Below are positions 21,024 through 32,710 of a stretch of 64,000 bases of DNA, one piece after another. The stretch comes from an uncultured Spirochaetia bacterium (GTDB lineage: Bacteria; Oederibacteriota; PGYV01; CAYGHG01), in assembly GCA_964349515.1 (NCBI GenBank), contig CAYGHG010000001.1, positions 2,528 through 66,527 on the forward strand, in the 5' to 3' direction. The notes beneath the pieces are model-generated. The model saw nothing but the letters and a program-made list of their open reading frames with translations. It was not told where the DNA came from and did no database searches. A program made the position numbers and the translations under genes. Position 1 is the first letter of the stretch, and every line of letters begins with the position of its first letter.

Positions 21024-21413
21024 TTATTTTTTAGGAGCGTCTTTTTTCGGCCTTTTTGTGCCGTACTTCGACCTGCTGCGGTTTCTTCCTGCAACTCCCT
21101 GAGTATCAAGAGTTCCCCTTACTATATGGTACCTTACTCCCGGAAGATCTTTTACCCTGCCCCCCCTGATCAGGACTATTGAGTGCTCCTGCAGGTTGTG
21201 TCCGACGCCGGGTATATAAGATATTACTTCCATCTTGTTTGACAGCCTTACCCTGGCTACTTTTCGCAGGGCCGAATTTGGTTTTTTTGGCGTAACAGTA
21301 TAAACTCTTGTGCAAACTCCCCTTTTTTGAGGGCAGTTCTTCAGGGCCGGTGCGCCTGTTTTATTCTGGCTCTTTGTCCTTCTGTGCCTTACCAGCTGAT
21401 TAATCGTAGGCAA
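21024..21413 (-). CDS. rpsL: 30S ribosomal protein S12
   Basis: 129 aa (MPTINQLVR...[14 protein letters not shown]...). Confidence 0.95.
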   Translation of the reverse strand: MPTINQLVRHRRTKSQNKTGAPALKNCPQKRGVCTRVYTVTPKKPNSALRKVARVRLSNKMEVISYIPGVGHNLQEHSIVLIRGGRVKDLPGVRYHIVRGTLDTQGVAGRNRSRSKYGTKRPKKDAPKK

Positions 21414-21462
21414 ATTGCGCCTCCTTGATAATATTTTTGATTACCCGCCTTAATTTTTCAAA

Positions 21463-21498
21463 ACAAAAAAGGCGGACAATTCTCTTTTCCGCCTTTTT
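21463..21498. terminator. Bidirectional intrinsic terminator hairpin in the rpoC-rpsL spacer
   Basis: aaaaaaGGCGGAcaattctcttTTCCGCCttttt has symmetric A/T runs. On the minus strand it reads as stem-loop plus T-tract after the rpoC stop. Confidence 0.55.
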
Positions 21499-21590
21499 AT
21501 ATTTCTTATAATATAATTAAAGCCTGAAAAGAGCTGCTAATAAAAACCTGAAACATCTTATAAAAAAAACAAAACTTTGTCAATAAAAAT

Positions 21591-24500
21591 CTACTCCTCC
21601 TGCTTGACTTTCTTTGCGGGTTTTTTCCTCTCCGCTTCTTTATACATTTTAAACTCCGCAACACCCGTGCCGGCAGATATAAGGTGTCCGATAATGACGT
21701 TTTCTTTCAATCCCTTAAGTTTATCCACCTTGCCGTTAACTGCAGCATCAATTAAAATTCTTGTTGTCTCCTGGAACGAAGCGGCTGAAATCCAGCTTTC
21801 AGTGGAAAGAGCTGCCTTTGTAATTCCGAGAAGCAGCGGCTTTGCCCTGGCAGGAATCTTCTTTTCTTTTTCCATTTTTTCATTCTCTTCCAAAAATTCA
21901 AACCTGTCCACCTGTTGCTCTATAAGGAACTTCGTGTCTCCCGGATCGTCAATTTTTACCTTTTTCATCATCTGCCTGACGATTACCTCAATATGTTTAT
22001 CATGGATATTTACGCCCTGAAGCCTGTAGACCTCCTGAACCTTATTCAAAATATGTTCCTGAACTGCATTCTCACCCTGTACAGAAAGTATGTCGTGGGG
22101 ATTGATGTTGCCGTCTATGAGCTGTTCACCCGCCTCAACCATATCCCCGTCCCTTACGTTCACATATTTTCCGTTAGGAATAGTGTATTCCCTTACTGTC
22201 CCGTTGTCGTTTGATATAATAATTTTTCTGACACCGGCCGAGGTTTCTTCAAACTTTACAAATCCGTCTATTTCGCTGATTATGGCCTGTGTTTTAGGTT
22301 TTCGGGCCTCAAAAAGCTCTGCCACCCTCGGAAGACCTCCGGTGATATCCCTGGTTTTTGTTGTTTCTCTCGGGAACTTGGCAAGGATATCCCCCTGTGA
22401 TACAGTCTGCCCGTCTTCAACTTCAAGCTTCGCACCTACAGGTATTGAATATGAAGAAACTTTTTGGCCGTTCTGCATGATGTTAATGTGAGGGTACTTT
22501 CTCTGCTTTGATTCTACGATAAATTTTCCCAGCTGCCCTGTAGAGGCATCAGTCTGCTCAATCATTGTGATGCCCTCTTCAATTTCGTCAAACTGAATCT
22601 TACCCTCTTTTTCCGTGAAAATAGGTATGTTGTAAAGATCCCACAGCCCGATTGTCTGGTTTTTCTTTATTTGCTGTCCATCCTTCGCTTTTAGTATGGT
22701 GCCGTATCCTACGTGGTGCATCTCTTTTTCAACATTCTTATCGTCATAAACACTGATCTCGCCGTTTCGGTTAGTAACTATCATATCGCCGTCCTTGCTC
22801 ATAACAAACTTGACATTCGCAAACCTTAAAATACCGTCATGTTTTGCCTTAAGTTCGGACTGTTCTACTATGCGGCTGGCGGTTCCTCCTACGTGGAAAG
22901 TACGCAGGGTAAGCTGAGTTCCGGGTTCGCCTATTGACTGGGCGGCTATGATTCCGACAGCTTCGCCAAGTTCAACCAGTGCCCCCGTGGTCAGGTCAGC
23001 CCCGTAACATTTTGAACAGGCTCCATTTTTTGCTTCGCAGGTAAGAACCGAGCGTACCCTGATTCTTTCGTATCCCGTCTCTTCTATCTTTTTAGCAATT
23101 TCAGGTGTAATAAGTTCATTTGCCCTTACTACAACTTCGTCGGTTATCAGGTCTACAACGTTATCCAGCGCAACCCTCCAGGTAATTCTGTCTTTCAAAG
23201 GCTCAATTATTTCGCCTCCCTCGGAGATGGCTGTAACGTTAATACCGTTTATGGTGGTACAGTCGTTTTCCGTAATAATCACATCCTGCGCAACATCTAT
23301 CAGCCTTCTCGTAAGATATCCGGCTTCCGCAGTTTTTAATGCAGTATCCGCAAGGCCTTTTCTGGCGCCGTGAGTGGATATAAAATACTCCTGAACAGAC
23401 AGCCCTTCCCTGAAATTTGACTTGATAGGCGTTTCAATGATTTCACCCACGCCTCCTGTCATTTTTTTCTGCGGCTTGGCCATCAGCCCCCTCATACCCG
23501 CAAGCTGCCTGATCTGCAGCTTACTCCCTCTCGCACCCGAATCTACCATCATAAATACAGGGTTGAAAGCGTTCTGGTCTTTTTCAAGTTCTTTTATCAT
23601 TGAATTTGCAACTTTGTCGGTAACCGAAGTCCAGATGTCAATGATTTTATTGTATCTTTCACCGTCGGTAATAATGCCTTTTTCGAACTGTTTTCTGATT
23701 GTAAGCGACTTTGCTTCCGCATCTTTAACAAGTCCGTATTTCTCCTCGGGAATCTTTAAATCCTCAATCCCTATCGTGAAACCGGCTAGAGTTGCGTGCC
23801 TAAAGCCGAGCTCTTTCATCCTGTCAAGGACTTCGGAGGCGGTTTTTGCGCCGTACCTTTCAAAAACCACACTGACTAGTTTTACGATCTGTTTTTTTAC
23901 CATCTTGTCATTTACAAATTCCATTTCTTCCGGAAGTATTGAATTGAAAATTATTCTTCCCACAGTTGTTTCAACCTTTTTAGATTTCATTTTGACGTTT
24001 ATCAACTCGTGGATATCAATAGCCCCGTGATCATAAGCAATTATAGCCTCTTCGGATGCATAGAACATCTTTTTCTTTTCAGGTACATTCAGTGATTCTT
24101 TTGTCAGGTAATAAAGCCCGAGGACTATGTCCTGGTTGGGTACTATTATCGGGTTTCCGCTGGCAGGCGACAGTATGTTAAGCGGCGCAAGCATCAGCAG
24201 CTTGGCTTCAGTCTGGGCCTCAAACGAAAGCGGCACGTGCACCGCAAGCTGGTCGCCGTCAAAGTCGGCATTGAATCCTCCGCAGACAAGAGGATGCAGC
24301 GTTATTGCATTGCCCTCTACGAGAACGGGTTCAAAAGCCTGTATGGAATGCCTGTGGAGCGTAGGCGCCCTGTTTAACAGAACAACATGGTCTTCAAGAA
24401 TCTCCTCAAGTATGTCCCAAACCTCAGGTCTGACATGCTCTACAAGTTTTTTTGCACTTTTTATAGTGTATCCCATTTCCTGAACTTTATTAATTATGAA

Positions 24501-25721
24501 AGGCTTAAAAAGTTCCAGGGCAATTTTCTTGGGAAGCCCGCACTGGAACAGCTTCAGGTTCGGGCCTACTACGATAACCGACCTTCCGGAATAGTCCACC
24601 CTTTTACCGAGCAGGTTCTGCCTGAAACGACCCTGTTTTCCTTTCAACATATCACTTAAGGATTTAAGCGGCCTGTTCCTCGCACCACGGACGGGGTGTC
24701 CGCGCCTTCCGTTATCAAAAAGCGCATCTACAGCTTCCTGTATCATCCTCTTCTCGTTCTTTATGATAAGTTCCGGAGCGTTTATGCTCATAAGTTTTTT
24801 GAGCCTGTTATTCCTGTTTATTATTCTTCTGTACAAATCATTTAAGTCGGAAGTAACGAATCGGCCTCCGTCCAGCTGAACAAGCGGCCTTAACTCCGGC
24901 GGTATGACCGGGGCTGATTCAAGCACCATCCAGTCGGGTTTGTTGCCGGATTTTCTGAAAGCCTCAACCACCTTAAGCCTTTTAATTATGTCTTTTTTCT
25001 TCTGCAGAGAAACTGTTTTTACCAGCTCTTTTCTTAAATCCTTTGCCAGTTTTTCAAGTTCAACTTCCCTTAAAAGAGCCTTTATGGCGTCAGCGCCGAT
25101 CCTTATTGTCAGGGCATCAGCATATTTTTCCTTGAGCCTCAAATAATCATCCTCGTTAATCAGTTCATACTTTTTAACCTCTTCACAGGTTCCCGGGTCT
25201 ATAACTATATAATTCTCATAGTAAATAACCCTTTCAAGATTTCTTGCCGATATATTTAAGAGATAGGCAAGTTTGGATGGGATTCCCTTCAGGTACCAGA
25301 TATGCACGACAGGCACTGCCAGTTCAATGTGCCCCATCCGTTCCCTTCTTACTTTTGATTCCGTGACTTCAACATCACACTTGTCGCAGATAACCCCTTT
25401 ATACCGCTGTTTCTTGTATTTACCGCAGGCACATTCATAATCCTTGGTGGGCCCGAATATTCTCTCGCAGAATAAGCCTTCAAATTCAGGTTTAAAAGTC
25501 CTGTAGTTTATTGTTTCAGGCTTCTTAACTTCGCCGGATGACCAGTGCTTTATCATTTCGGGCGAAGCCAGCGAAATCTTTATGGAATTAAAATCTATCT
25601 CCTTAACCTTTTTCTCCTCTTTCGATTTCGCTATTTCCGTAAGATTAAGGACGTCGCGGCTCGTTTCCTCGGCAGGCAGTTCAAGCTTTATTTTCTTTTT
25701 GCTTTTTTTATCTTTAGCCAT
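21591..25721 (-). CDS. rpoC: DNA-directed RNA polymerase subunit beta'
   Basis: 1376 aa with the NADFDGD catalytic motif and zinc-binding Cys clusters. Confidence 0.95.
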   Translation of the reverse strand: MAKDKKSKKKIKLELPAEETSRDVLNLTEIAKSKEEKKVKEIDFNSIKISLASPEMIKHWSSGEVKKPETINYRTFKPEFEGLFCERIFGPTKDYECACGKYKKQRYKGVICDKCDVEVTESKVRRERMGHIELAVPVVHIWYLKGIPSKLAYLLNISARNLERVIYYENYIVIDPGTCEEVKKYELINEDDYLRLKEKYADALTIRIGADAIKALLREVELEKLAKDLRKELVKTVSLQKKKDIIKRLKVVEAFRKSGNKPDWMVLESAPVIPPELRPLVQLDGGRFVTSDLNDLYRRIINRNNRLKKLMSINAPELIIKNEKRMIQEAVDALFDNGRRGHPVRGARNRPLKSLSDMLKGKQGRFRQNLLGKRVDYSGRSVIVVGPNLKLFQCGLPKKIALELFKPFIINKVQEMGYTIKSAKKLVEHVRPEVWDILEEILEDHVVLLNRAPTLHRHSIQAFEPVLVEGNAITLHPLVCGGFNADFDGDQLAVHVPLSFEAQTEAKLLMLAPLNILSPASGNPIIVPNQDIVLGLYYLTKESLNVPEKKKMFYASEEAIIAYDHGAIDIHELINVKMKSKKVETTVGRIIFNSILPEEMEFVNDKMVKKQIVKLVSVVFERYGAKTASEVLDRMKELGFRHATLAGFTIGIEDLKIPEEKYGLVKDAEAKSLTIRKQFEKGIITDGERYNKIIDIWTSVTDKVANSMIKELEKDQNAFNPVFMMVDSGARGSKLQIRQLAGMRGLMAKPQKKMTGGVGEIIETPIKSNFREGLSVQEYFISTHGARKGLADTALKTAEAGYLTRRLIDVAQDVIITENDCTTINGINVTAISEGGEIIEPLKDRITWRVALDNVVDLITDEVVVRANELITPEIAKKIEETGYERIRVRSVLTCEAKNGACSKCYGADLTTGALVELGEAVGIIAAQSIGEPGTQLTLRTFHVGGTASRIVEQSELKAKHDGILRFANVKFVMSKDGDMIVTNRNGEISVYDDKNVEKEMHHVGYGTILKAKDGQQIKKNQTIGLWDLYNIPIFTEKEGKIQFDEIEEGITMIEQTDASTGQLGKFIVESKQRKYPHINIMQNGQKVSSYSIPVGAKLEVEDGQTVSQGDILAKFPRETTKTRDITGGLPRVAELFEARKPKTQAIISEIDGFVKFEETSAGVRKIIISNDNGTVREYTIPNGKYVNVRDGDMVEAGEQLIDGNINPHDILSVQGENAVQEHILNKVQEVYRLQGVNIHDKHIEVIVRQMMKKVKIDDPGDTKFLIEQQVDRFEFLEENEKMEKEKKIPARAKPLLLGITKAALSTESWISAASFQETTRILIDAAVNGKVDKLKGLKENVIIGHLISAGTGVAEFKMYKEAERKKPAKKVKQEE

Positions 25722-25744
25722 TTAACGCCTCTCCTTATAATTTA

Positions 25745-28700
25745 TTAGTTGTCCTTCTTCGTCTTTCTTTTCAGAAGCTCTATGTTAAGAGCAAGCCCCT
25801 GCAATTCCTTGACAAGAACATTGAAGGACTCCGGAATGCCCGGCTCGGGTATATTTTTACCCCTTACGATGGCCTCATACAGCCTCTTTCTTCCCTCTAC
25901 ATCATCCGATTTAACCGTCAGCATTTCTTGAAGTGTGTATGCCGCCCCATATGATTCAAGAGCCCATACTTCCATTTCTCCGAATCTTTGGCCTCCGAAC
26001 TGTGCTTTTCCTCCGAGAGGCTGCTGCGTTATCAGTGAGTAAGGCCCTATGGAACGCGCGTGAATCTTATCGTCTACCATATGTATCAGTTTCATGACAT
26101 ACATGACTCCGACAGTTACCCTGTGCCCAAAAGGCTCCCCTGTCCTGCCGTCATACAGCAGGCTCTTGCCGTCGGTATCCAGCCCGGCCTTTGTCAGCCA
26201 TTCTTTTACTTCAGCCTCTTTCATTCCGTTGAAAACAGGCGTCTGGAACTTCACGCCGAGTTTGCGCCCGGCAAAACCAAGCTGAGTTTCAAGCAGCTGC
26301 CCTACGTTCATCCTTGACGGAACTCCGAGTGGGTTTAGAATTATGTCCACAGGCGTGCCGTCTGAAAGATAAGGCATGTCTTCCACAGGCAGTATCCTGG
26401 ATATAACACCTTTGTTTCCGTGCCTTCCGGACAGCTTGTCACCGACTGAAATTTTTCTCTTTTTTGCAATCAGAACCTTAACGAGCTTTATCACACCCGG
26501 CGGCAGGTCATCGCCTTTATGCTGCTTGCTTTCTTTATATTCTGCGTCCGCCTTGTCCTTCATATATCTGCAGTATATTTCTTCCTGCTTTCTGAGTTTT
26601 TCCTTTTCGTCTTTGCTTATGTCCATTTCATCTATTTCTTTAAGCGAGTCTTTCAGATTCTTTTCAAGTTCCTGAACCTTTTTATCCCTTTCTTTCTTAA
26701 GCCTTGAGAGTTTTTCCTCTTCTTTATCTTTCCTCTTTCCCCTTTCCTTTCTGGCAAACATCTTGATATCAATAATTATTCCTTCTATTCCCGGAGGAAC
26801 CCTGAGGGAAGAATCTTTTACGTTGTCAGCCTTGGATCCGAATATTGCCTTTAGAAGTTTTTCTTCGGGAGTCAAATTGCTTCCGGAAATCGGCGTTACC
26901 TTTCCCACAAGAATGTCACCCGGCTTTACTTTCGCGCCTGTTCTGATTATTCCTTCGTGGTCAAGATTCTTTAGCGTGTCTTCGCTGACGTTCGGTATGT
27001 CCCTTGTTATCTCCTCGGGCCCGAGTTTTGTGTCCCTTGCTTCCACTTCATATTCCTCTACATGAACAGATGTAAACGTATCGTATTTAAGCATGTTTTC
27101 GCTGATAACTATTGAATCCTCGTAATTAAATCCGTGCCAGGACATAAAAGCCGTAATAATGTTTTTTCCCAGCGCAAGCTCACCCTTTTCCATGGCAGGC
27201 CCGTCGGCAAGCAGGTCTCCTTTTTTTACCCTATCGCCCTTCTTTACCCTCGGCTTTTCATTGATTGTCGTATCCTGGTTTGTCCTTGAGTATTTTTTAA
27301 GCTGGTAAATATCACACTGGTCGCCTATTGTTTCGTCTTCTTTTGCATCTTTTAGGACTATTACAACATCCGAATCAACATAAACAACACGGCCCGGATT
27401 TTTAGCCACCACTGCCCTGCCCGAATCAAAAGCGGCTTTTCTTTCCATTCCCGTTCCTACAAAAGGCGAGGTTGTTGTTAAAAGAGGCACTGCCTGGCGC
27501 TGCATGTTAGAACCCATTAATGCTCTGTTTGCGTCGTCGTGCTCAAGAAAAGGAATAAGCGAAGCGGCTACGGAAACAACCTGCTTGGGCGATACCTCTA
27601 TGTAATCCACCTCTTCAGGCGGCACAAGCGGGAAGTCTCCCTTAGTCCTGACTAAAATCAGATCCTGCACTATTTTCCCTGAATCATCAAGTTTTACGTC
27701 AGAGGGTCCTATTTTAAACGCGTCCTCTTTATCGGCGGTAAAATAATCAACCTCGTCCGTCACCTTTCCGTTTCTGACTTTTCTGTAAGGCGATTCAATA
27801 AAACCGTAATCGTTAACCCTCGCGTAAGTGGCAAGGGATGTGATAAGGCCTATGTTCTGGCCTTCCGGAGTTTCTATCGGGCAAAGCCTTCCGTAGTGTG
27901 TATAATGAACGTCGCGGACTTCAAATCCAGCGCGCTCCCTGTTTAACCCGCCCGGTCCCAGGGCCGATATTCTTCTTTTATGAGTCAGTTCTGCAAGAGG
28001 ATTTACCTGATCCATAAACTGCGAAAGCTGGCTGCTGCCGAAAAACTCCTTGATTGCGGCAATAAGCGGTTTGGGGTTTATGAGGTTGGCAGGAAGGGCG
28101 TTTTTCATATCTATAATTGTCATTCTTTCCTTTATCATTTTCTCAACCCTGACAAGCCCTGCCCTGAACTGGTTTTCAACAAGTTCTCCTACGCCTCTTA
28201 CCCTTCTGTTGCCGAGGTGGTCTATGTCCGTCTTGTCCATTTTGCCGTCGTTGACTTCAAAATACTTTTTTATGACCGTTATTATGTCTTCTTTATCAAG
28301 CACTTTAAGTGTCTTTTCCTTAAATCCAAGAGCCTTATTGAGCTTATATCTTCCTACAAATCCAAGGTTGTACCTCTTATTGTCAAAAAACAGATTCTTA
28401 AGGAGCTGTTTTGCGCCTGACAGCGTAGCCGGCTCTCCCGGCCTCATTTTTCTGAATATTTCAACAAGTGCATCCTGTTCTGATTTTGCACCGTCTTTTT
28501 TAAAAGTCTTAATTATGTTTGTGTACATATTATCTTCTTCTATGACTACCAGGCTTACTTTTTTTACGTCGGCCTTGCGTATCTTATCCGCAAGCTCTTT
28601 GGTTACCGGTGTTACAGCTTCAGCAATAATCTCACCGTTTTTATCAATAACATCCTTGAAGAGAATTCTGTTAACAACAGCCTTATCCTCTGCATCCATA

Positions 28701-29383
28701 CTCTCGCTTTTGAAGAAAATTCCCAAAACCGCTTCGGTCGAGCTGAAACCAAGAGCCCGCAAAAAGGTGGTAACGGGAAATTTCTTTTTTCTGTCAAGCT
28801 TCGCATATACTATATCATTTAAATCTGCCTCTATTTCAATCCAGGTCCCCCTGTAAGGCACTATTCTCGCTACATAGGTCGGCATTCCCAGGAGCCCTTC
28901 TGTTTCTTCTTCTTCTTCAAAACTTACTCCGGGCGAGCGGTGAAGCTGGCTGACTATAACCCTCTCGGCACCATTAATTACAAAAGTACCCCTGTCAGTC
29001 ATAAGGGGTATATCACATAAATGAACCGCCTGCTCCGGCGCTTCTTTAATGGATTTCTCATTTGTTTTTTCATCTATTTCTTTAATGACAAGCCTGAAGA
29101 TTCCCTTGACTGATGCGGAATAACTTTCACCGCGTTCTATACTTTCTTCAACAGAATGCTTGGGCATTCCAAATTCATATCCTACAAATTGAAGCTCATA
29201 ATTACCGTTATAATCAGATATTGGAAATACCCCGTCAAAAACCTCCTGCAGCCCCTGGTTTTTCCTCTTATCGGCGGGCACTTCAACCATAAGAAATTCT
29301 TTGTATGATTTCTTCTGTATCTCAAGCAGATCAGGGATTTCGAGAATTTCCTCGACATTAGCTTTTTGTTTAATTCTTGCCAT
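25745..29383 (-). CDS. rpoB: DNA-directed RNA polymerase subunit beta
   Basis: 1212 aa with conserved rpoB regions (GRHGNKGV etc.). Confidence 0.95.
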   Translation of the reverse strand: MARIKQKANVEEILEIPDLLEIQKKSYKEFLMVEVPADKRKNQGLQEVFDGVFPISDYNGNYELQFVGYEFGMPKHSVEESIERGESYSASVKGIFRLVIKEIDEKTNEKSIKEAPEQAVHLCDIPLMTDRGTFVINGAERVIVSQLHRSPGVSFEEEEETEGLLGMPTYVARIVPYRGTWIEIEADLNDIVYAKLDRKKKFPVTTFLRALGFSSTEAVLGIFFKSESMDAEDKAVVNRILFKDVIDKNGEIIAEAVTPVTKELADKIRKADVKKVSLVVIEEDNMYTNIIKTFKKDGAKSEQDALVEIFRKMRPGEPATLSGAKQLLKNLFFDNKRYNLGFVGRYKLNKALGFKEKTLKVLDKEDIITVIKKYFEVNDGKMDKTDIDHLGNRRVRGVGELVENQFRAGLVRVEKMIKERMTIIDMKNALPANLINPKPLIAAIKEFFGSSQLSQFMDQVNPLAELTHKRRISALGPGGLNRERAGFEVRDVHYTHYGRLCPIETPEGQNIGLITSLATYARVNDYGFIESPYRKVRNGKVTDEVDYFTADKEDAFKIGPSDVKLDDSGKIVQDLILVRTKGDFPLVPPEEVDYIEVSPKQVVSVAASLIPFLEHDDANRALMGSNMQRQAVPLLTTTSPFVGTGMERKAAFDSGRAVVAKNPGRVVYVDSDVVIVLKDAKEDETIGDQCDIYQLKKYSRTNQDTTINEKPRVKKGDRVKKGDLLADGPAMEKGELALGKNIITAFMSWHGFNYEDSIVISENMLKYDTFTSVHVEEYEVEARDTKLGPEEITRDIPNVSEDTLKNLDHEGIIRTGAKVKPGDILVGKVTPISGSNLTPEEKLLKAIFGSKADNVKDSSLRVPPGIEGIIIDIKMFARKERGKRKDKEEEKLSRLKKERDKKVQELEKNLKDSLKEIDEMDISKDEKEKLRKQEEIYCRYMKDKADAEYKESKQHKGDDLPPGVIKLVKVLIAKKRKISVGDKLSGRHGNKGVISRILPVEDMPYLSDGTPVDIILNPLGVPSRMNVGQLLETQLGFAGRKLGVKFQTPVFNGMKEAEVKEWLTKAGLDTDGKSLLYDGRTGEPFGHRVTVGVMYVMKLIHMVDDKIHARSIGPYSLITQQPLGGKAQFGGQRFGEMEVWALESYGAAYTLQEMLTVKSDDVEGRKRLYEAIVRGKNIPEPGIPESFNVLVKELQGLALNIELLKRKTKKDN

Positions 29384-29435
29384 ATAATGCCCCTTCCTCT
29401 TTGAATTTTTTGCGGTTAAGGCGGATAAATCCGCA

Positions 29436-29474
29436 AAAACTTACGGCGCACCTGCTCCAAAAGAGCAGGTGCGC
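29436..29474 (-). terminator. Attenuator-like hairpin in the rplL-rpoB spacer
   Basis: GCGCACCTGCTC-ttttg-GAGCAGGTGCGC is a 12-bp stem. On the minus strand it is followed by cgtaagttttt. This resembles the partial terminator between rplL and rpoB in E. coli. Confidence 0.4.
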
Positions 29475-29538
29475 TCGCTACATCATCTCTATTGCTTCCG
29501 CTTTTATGCGGGGTATCATCTTAATTTTTATTTCAGCC

Positions 29539-29922
29539 TTACTTCAACTCTACAGTTGCGCCGGCTTCAACAAGCTTGGCTTTCATGCTTTCAGCTTCTT
29601 CTTTTGTAACGCCGGTTTTTACCGGTTTCGGAGCCGAATCAGCCATAGCTTTTGCTTCAGCAAGCCCGAGCGAAGTGAGTTCTCTGATAACTTTGATAAC
29701 CTGAATTTTTTTGTCTCCCGCGCTGGAAAGAACAACGTCAAACGAGCTCTGTTCTTCAGCCGCAGGTGCAGCTCCGCCCGCAGCAGGCATCATGCCGGCC
29801 ATCATAACAGGAGCCGAAGCAGAAACACCGAATTTTTCCTCAAGCGCCTTCACCAGTTCATTAAGTTCCAGAACTGTCATTCCTTCAACTTCTTTAATGA
29901 AATCCTCTTTTGACATCGCCAT
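29539..29922 (-). CDS. rplL: 50S ribosomal protein L7/L12
   Basis: 127 aa with an Ala-rich hinge and the conserved C-terminal domain. Confidence 0.95.
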   Translation of the reverse strand: MAMSKEDFIKEVEGMTVLELNELVKALEEKFGVSASAPVMMAGMMPAAGGAAPAAEEQSSFDVVLSSAGDKKIQVIKVIRELTSLGLAEAKAMADSAPKPVKTGVTKEEAESMKAKLVEAGATVELK

Positions 29923-29949
29923 TGAATGGCACCTCCTTAAAGGTATTTT

Positions 29950-30468
29950 TTATTTTTTGTCTGCTACCGACTTTAAAACCTGAACCACGCCTTTTTTGGG
30001 CGACGACATTGCATTCACAAACCTCTGTATCGGCTGGTTGAGCACAATAACAAGCTTGGCAATAAGTTCTTCCTTGGAAGACACCCTGCTGAGCTCCATT
30101 ATCTGCTCCATGGAATATGACTTATGCTCTATGTAGCCGCCTTTAATCTTAAATTTTTCATTAGTCTTTTCAAAAGCTGCAAGCGCCTTTGAAGCCTTGA
30201 TGTAATCCTTGCAGAACACTATACCGGTTACGCCGGTAAATAAACCTTTCAGCCCGCTGTTTATGTTGAGCTGTTCCAAAGCTTTTTTTGAAAGCGTGTT
30301 CTTGATTACTTTGTAATCGGCTTCTGCCTTTTCCAGATCGCGCCTTAACTTATTAATCTGCTCTACGGTAAGCCCCTGATAATTGGTTATTATTATGCCT
30401 GTGGCATCCTTTATCCTGGCGACCGTATCCTCTACAGACTGCTCTTTCTTTTTTCTGTTTTCAGACAT
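29950..30468 (-). CDS. rplJ: 50S ribosomal protein L10
   Basis: 172 aa at the conserved position. Confidence 0.9.
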   Translation of the reverse strand: MSENRKKKEQSVEDTVARIKDATGIIITNYQGLTVEQINKLRRDLEKAEADYKVIKNTLSKKALEQLNINSGLKGLFTGVTGIVFCKDYIKASKALAAFEKTNEKFKIKGGYIEHKSYSMEQIMELSRVSSKEELIAKLVIVLNQPIQRFVNAMSSPKKGVVQVLKSVADKK

Positions 30469-30481
30469 GCTTTCACCTCAT

Positions 30482-31174
30482 CTACATGTATTTCTTAAAA
30501 TTAAGCTGTAATCCCGGGCCCATCGTGCTGGAAATATACATGCTTTTTACATACTGTCCTTTTGTGGCAAGCGCTGGAAGCTTAAGGAATGTTTTCATAA
30601 AAAAAACTGCATTTTCGGTAATATCTGCTTCGGCAAACGAAACCTTTCCTACAGCCAGGTTTACTATCCCGTCTTTGCTGCTCCTAAATTCCACTTTTCC
30701 CGCTTTAAATTCCTTTACTGCTTTTGCTACGTCAGGCGTTACTGTGCCTGATTTCGGATTAGGCATAAGTCCTTTGGTTCCGAGTATCTTCCCGAGCTTC
30801 CCGACGTCTTTCATCATATCAGGCGTAGCTATTGCTATGTCAAAATCAAGAAATCCGCCCTTTACTTTTTCTATCATGTCGTCTCCGCCCACAAAATCAG
30901 CGCCCGCGTCCAAAGCTTCTTTTTCTTTTTCACCTTTCACAAAAACAAGAACCTTTACTTTCTTTCCCGTTCCCTTTGGCAGGGATATCGTGGTTCTTAT
31001 CTGCTGCTCGGGCTGTACCGGCTTTTTAGCCAGCCTGACTGAGATTTCCACACTTTCGTCAAACTTTGCCTTTGGCACTTTTTTGAGGACAGATACCGCC
31101 TCCTCAATTTCATATGCCTTTGCGGGTTCTACAAGCTTTACCGCCTCTTTGTGCCTTTTGCTCTGCTTTTTCAT
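30482..31174 (-). CDS. rplA: 50S ribosomal protein L1
   Basis: 230 aa. Confidence 0.9.
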   Translation of the reverse strand: MKKQSKRHKEAVKLVEPAKAYEIEEAVSVLKKVPKAKFDESVEISVRLAKKPVQPEQQIRTTISLPKGTGKKVKVLVFVKGEKEKEALDAGADFVGGDDMIEKVKGGFLDFDIAIATPDMMKDVGKLGKILGTKGLMPNPKSGTVTPDVAKAVKEFKAGKVEFRSSKDGIVNLAVGKVSFAEADITENAVFFMKTFLKLPALATKGQYVKSMYISSTMGPGLQLNFKKYM

Positions 31175-31193
31175 ATGCCTTTCTCCTTAAACT

Positions 31194-31628
31194 TTATTCT
31201 TCTATTTTAACGCCCATACTGCGCGCCGTACCTTCTACCATCAATTCAGCAGACCTCTGCTTTGTCGCATTCAAATCAGGCATCTTTTTCTTTGCAATTT
31301 CAGCCACCTGTGCTTTTGAAAGCGTGCCTACCTTCGTTTTGTTAGGCTCCCCCGAACCCTTTATTATATTTGCCGCTTTCTTTATTAATACGGCAACCGG
31401 CGGGGTTTTCATAATAAATGTAAAGCTTCTGTCTTCAAATACATCTATAACCACCGGGAATATCGTATCCCCTTCGCTCTTGGTCCTGTCGTTAAACTGT
31501 TTGCAGAAATCCATGATGTTTACACCGTGCTGGCCGAGCGCCGGCCCTATAGGCGGGGCGGGGTTTGCCTTTCCCGCCGGAATCTGCAGTTTTATCTGTG
31601 TCATCAGTTTCTTTACTTTTGGTGCCAT
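31194..31628 (-). CDS. rplK: 50S ribosomal protein L11
   Basis: 144 aa ([37 protein letters not shown]). Confidence 0.95.
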   Translation of the reverse strand: MAPKVKKLMTQIKLQIPAGKANPAPPIGPALGQHGVNIMDFCKQFNDRTKSEGDTIFPVVIDVFEDRSFTFIMKTPPVAVLIKKAANIIKGSGEPNKTKVGTLSKAQVAEIAKKKMPDLNATKQRSAELMVEGTARSMGVKIEE

Positions 31629-31640
31629 GACTGCCTCCGT

Positions 31641-32192
31641 TTAAACTATCTTTTCTACCTGGTCGAATTCAAGTTCGACAGGCGTCGGTCTTCCGAATAT
31701 CGTGACTTCCACTTTCATTTTTCCTTTTTCAGGGGTTACTTCCTCAACTATGCCGTTAAAATTCATGAAAGGCCCGTCCGTAATCCTGACATGCTCGCCT
31801 ACTTCAAAATAAGATGCCATTCTGGGCTTCTTTTTTCTGTCTTCCATAAGCCCCATTATCTCGTTTACCTCTTCATCAGAAAGCGGTATGGGCCTTGTCC
31901 TGGTTCCCACAAAACCTGTCACCTTGGGAGTGTGCCTTATAATGTATAGTATCTCTTTATCCTCTTCCTTCTCAACATCTATATCCATCTCCACAAGTAT
32001 GTAACCCGGAAAGAACTTTTTGTTTCTTATTACCTTTTTTTTCTTTTTAATTTCCGTTACATTTTCTGAAGGAATAAGCACGCTGGAAATTTTTTCGTTC
32101 AGATTATATGTCGCTATCCTCTGATCGAGATTTTCCTTTACGCTGTTTTCCTGGCCCGCGTATGTGCTGACCACATACCATCTCTTCGCCAT
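31641..32192 (-). CDS. nusG: Transcription termination/antitermination factor NusG
   Basis: 183 aa with NGN and KOW domains. Confidence 0.9.
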   Translation of the reverse strand: MAKRWYVVSTYAGQENSVKENLDQRIATYNLNEKISSVLIPSENVTEIKKKKKVIRNKKFFPGYILVEMDIDVEKEEDKEILYIIRHTPKVTGFVGTRTRPIPLSDEEVNEIMGLMEDRKKKPRMASYFEVGEHVRITDGPFMNFNGIVEEVTPEKGKMKVEVTIFGRPTPVELEFDQVEKIV

Positions 32193-32204
32193 TTATACCA
32201 CTCC

Positions 32205-32387
32205 TTAACCAAAAATAAATTTTACGGCTTTAGAAAGCAGGAAGTCTATAACGCCTATGTAAAACATCAGAAGAAATCCGACTATCACGACCACAATAGT
32301 AGAAGCAATAATTGTTTTTCTGTCGGGCCACGACACTTTCTTCAGCTCTACCCACGCCGCTTTCAGAAAATCTATCAATTTCTTCAT
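32205..32387 (-). CDS. secE: Preprotein translocase subunit SecE
   Basis: 60 aa with a single TM. Sits at the conserved position before nusG. Confidence 0.85.
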   Translation of the reverse strand: MKKLIDFLKAAWVELKKVSWPDRKTIIASTIVVVIVGFLLMFYIGVIDFLLSKAVKFIFG

Positions 32388-32469
32388 TCTTCCACCTTTT
32401 TACCGCCGCCTTGAGCGGCTTAATATTTCACTCTGCTTTTTGTCCGGCACATTAACGCCACAATATTTC

Positions 32470-32546
32470 TGGCAGGCCAGGCAGGACTCGAACCTGCAAC
32501 GGACGGTTTTGGAGACCGCCGCTCTACCAATTGGAGCTACTGGCCT
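32470..32546 (-). tRNA. tRNA-Trp (anticodon CCA), 77 nt including the encoded 3' CCA
   Basis: Reverse complement reads AGGCCAGTAGCTCCAATTGGTAGAGCGGCGGTCTCCAAAACCGTCCGTTGCAGGTTCGAGTCCTGCCTGGCCTGCCA. It folds as a cloverleaf with anticodon loop CTCCAAA. Lies between rpmG and secE as in many bacteria. Confidence 0.85.
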
Positions 32547-32694
32547 ACTTGGTCTCCTTATGGAGAGTGTGCTTTTTGCAGAATTTACAATGCTTTTTTA
32601 ACTGCAATTTATCCGTGTGCGTTTTTTTGTTTTTTGTCTGGGTATAATTCCTTCTTTTACACTCAGAACACGCCAATGTTATTATCTCTCTCAT
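32545..32694 (-). CDS. rpmG: 50S ribosomal protein L33 (zinc-binding form)
   Basis: Hand translation gives [49 protein letters not shown] (49 aa). The TAG stop shares its last 2 nt with the tRNA-Trp 5' end. Below the ORF-track size cutoff. Confidence 0.8.
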   Translation of the reverse strand: MREIITLACSECKRRNYTQTKNKKTHTDKLQLKKHCKFCKKHTLHKETK

Positions 32695-32710
32695 TTTAAA
32701 CCGCCATCCT

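Noticed and set aside
21556-21584. Sigma70-like -35/-10 (TTGACA, 17-nt spacer, TAAGAT) on the minus strand just after the rpoC stop and before the terminator hairpin
   Set aside because: The region is very AT-rich, so a chance match is likely. A promoter placed upstream of a terminator hairpin would need attenuation-type regulation that I cannot support from sequence alone.
25745-29383. Lys/Glu-rich segment in rpoB (…[24 protein letters not shown]…) initially looked like a lineage-specific insertion
   Set aside because: E. coli RpoB has a segment of similar length and charge at the same position, so it is not an insertion.
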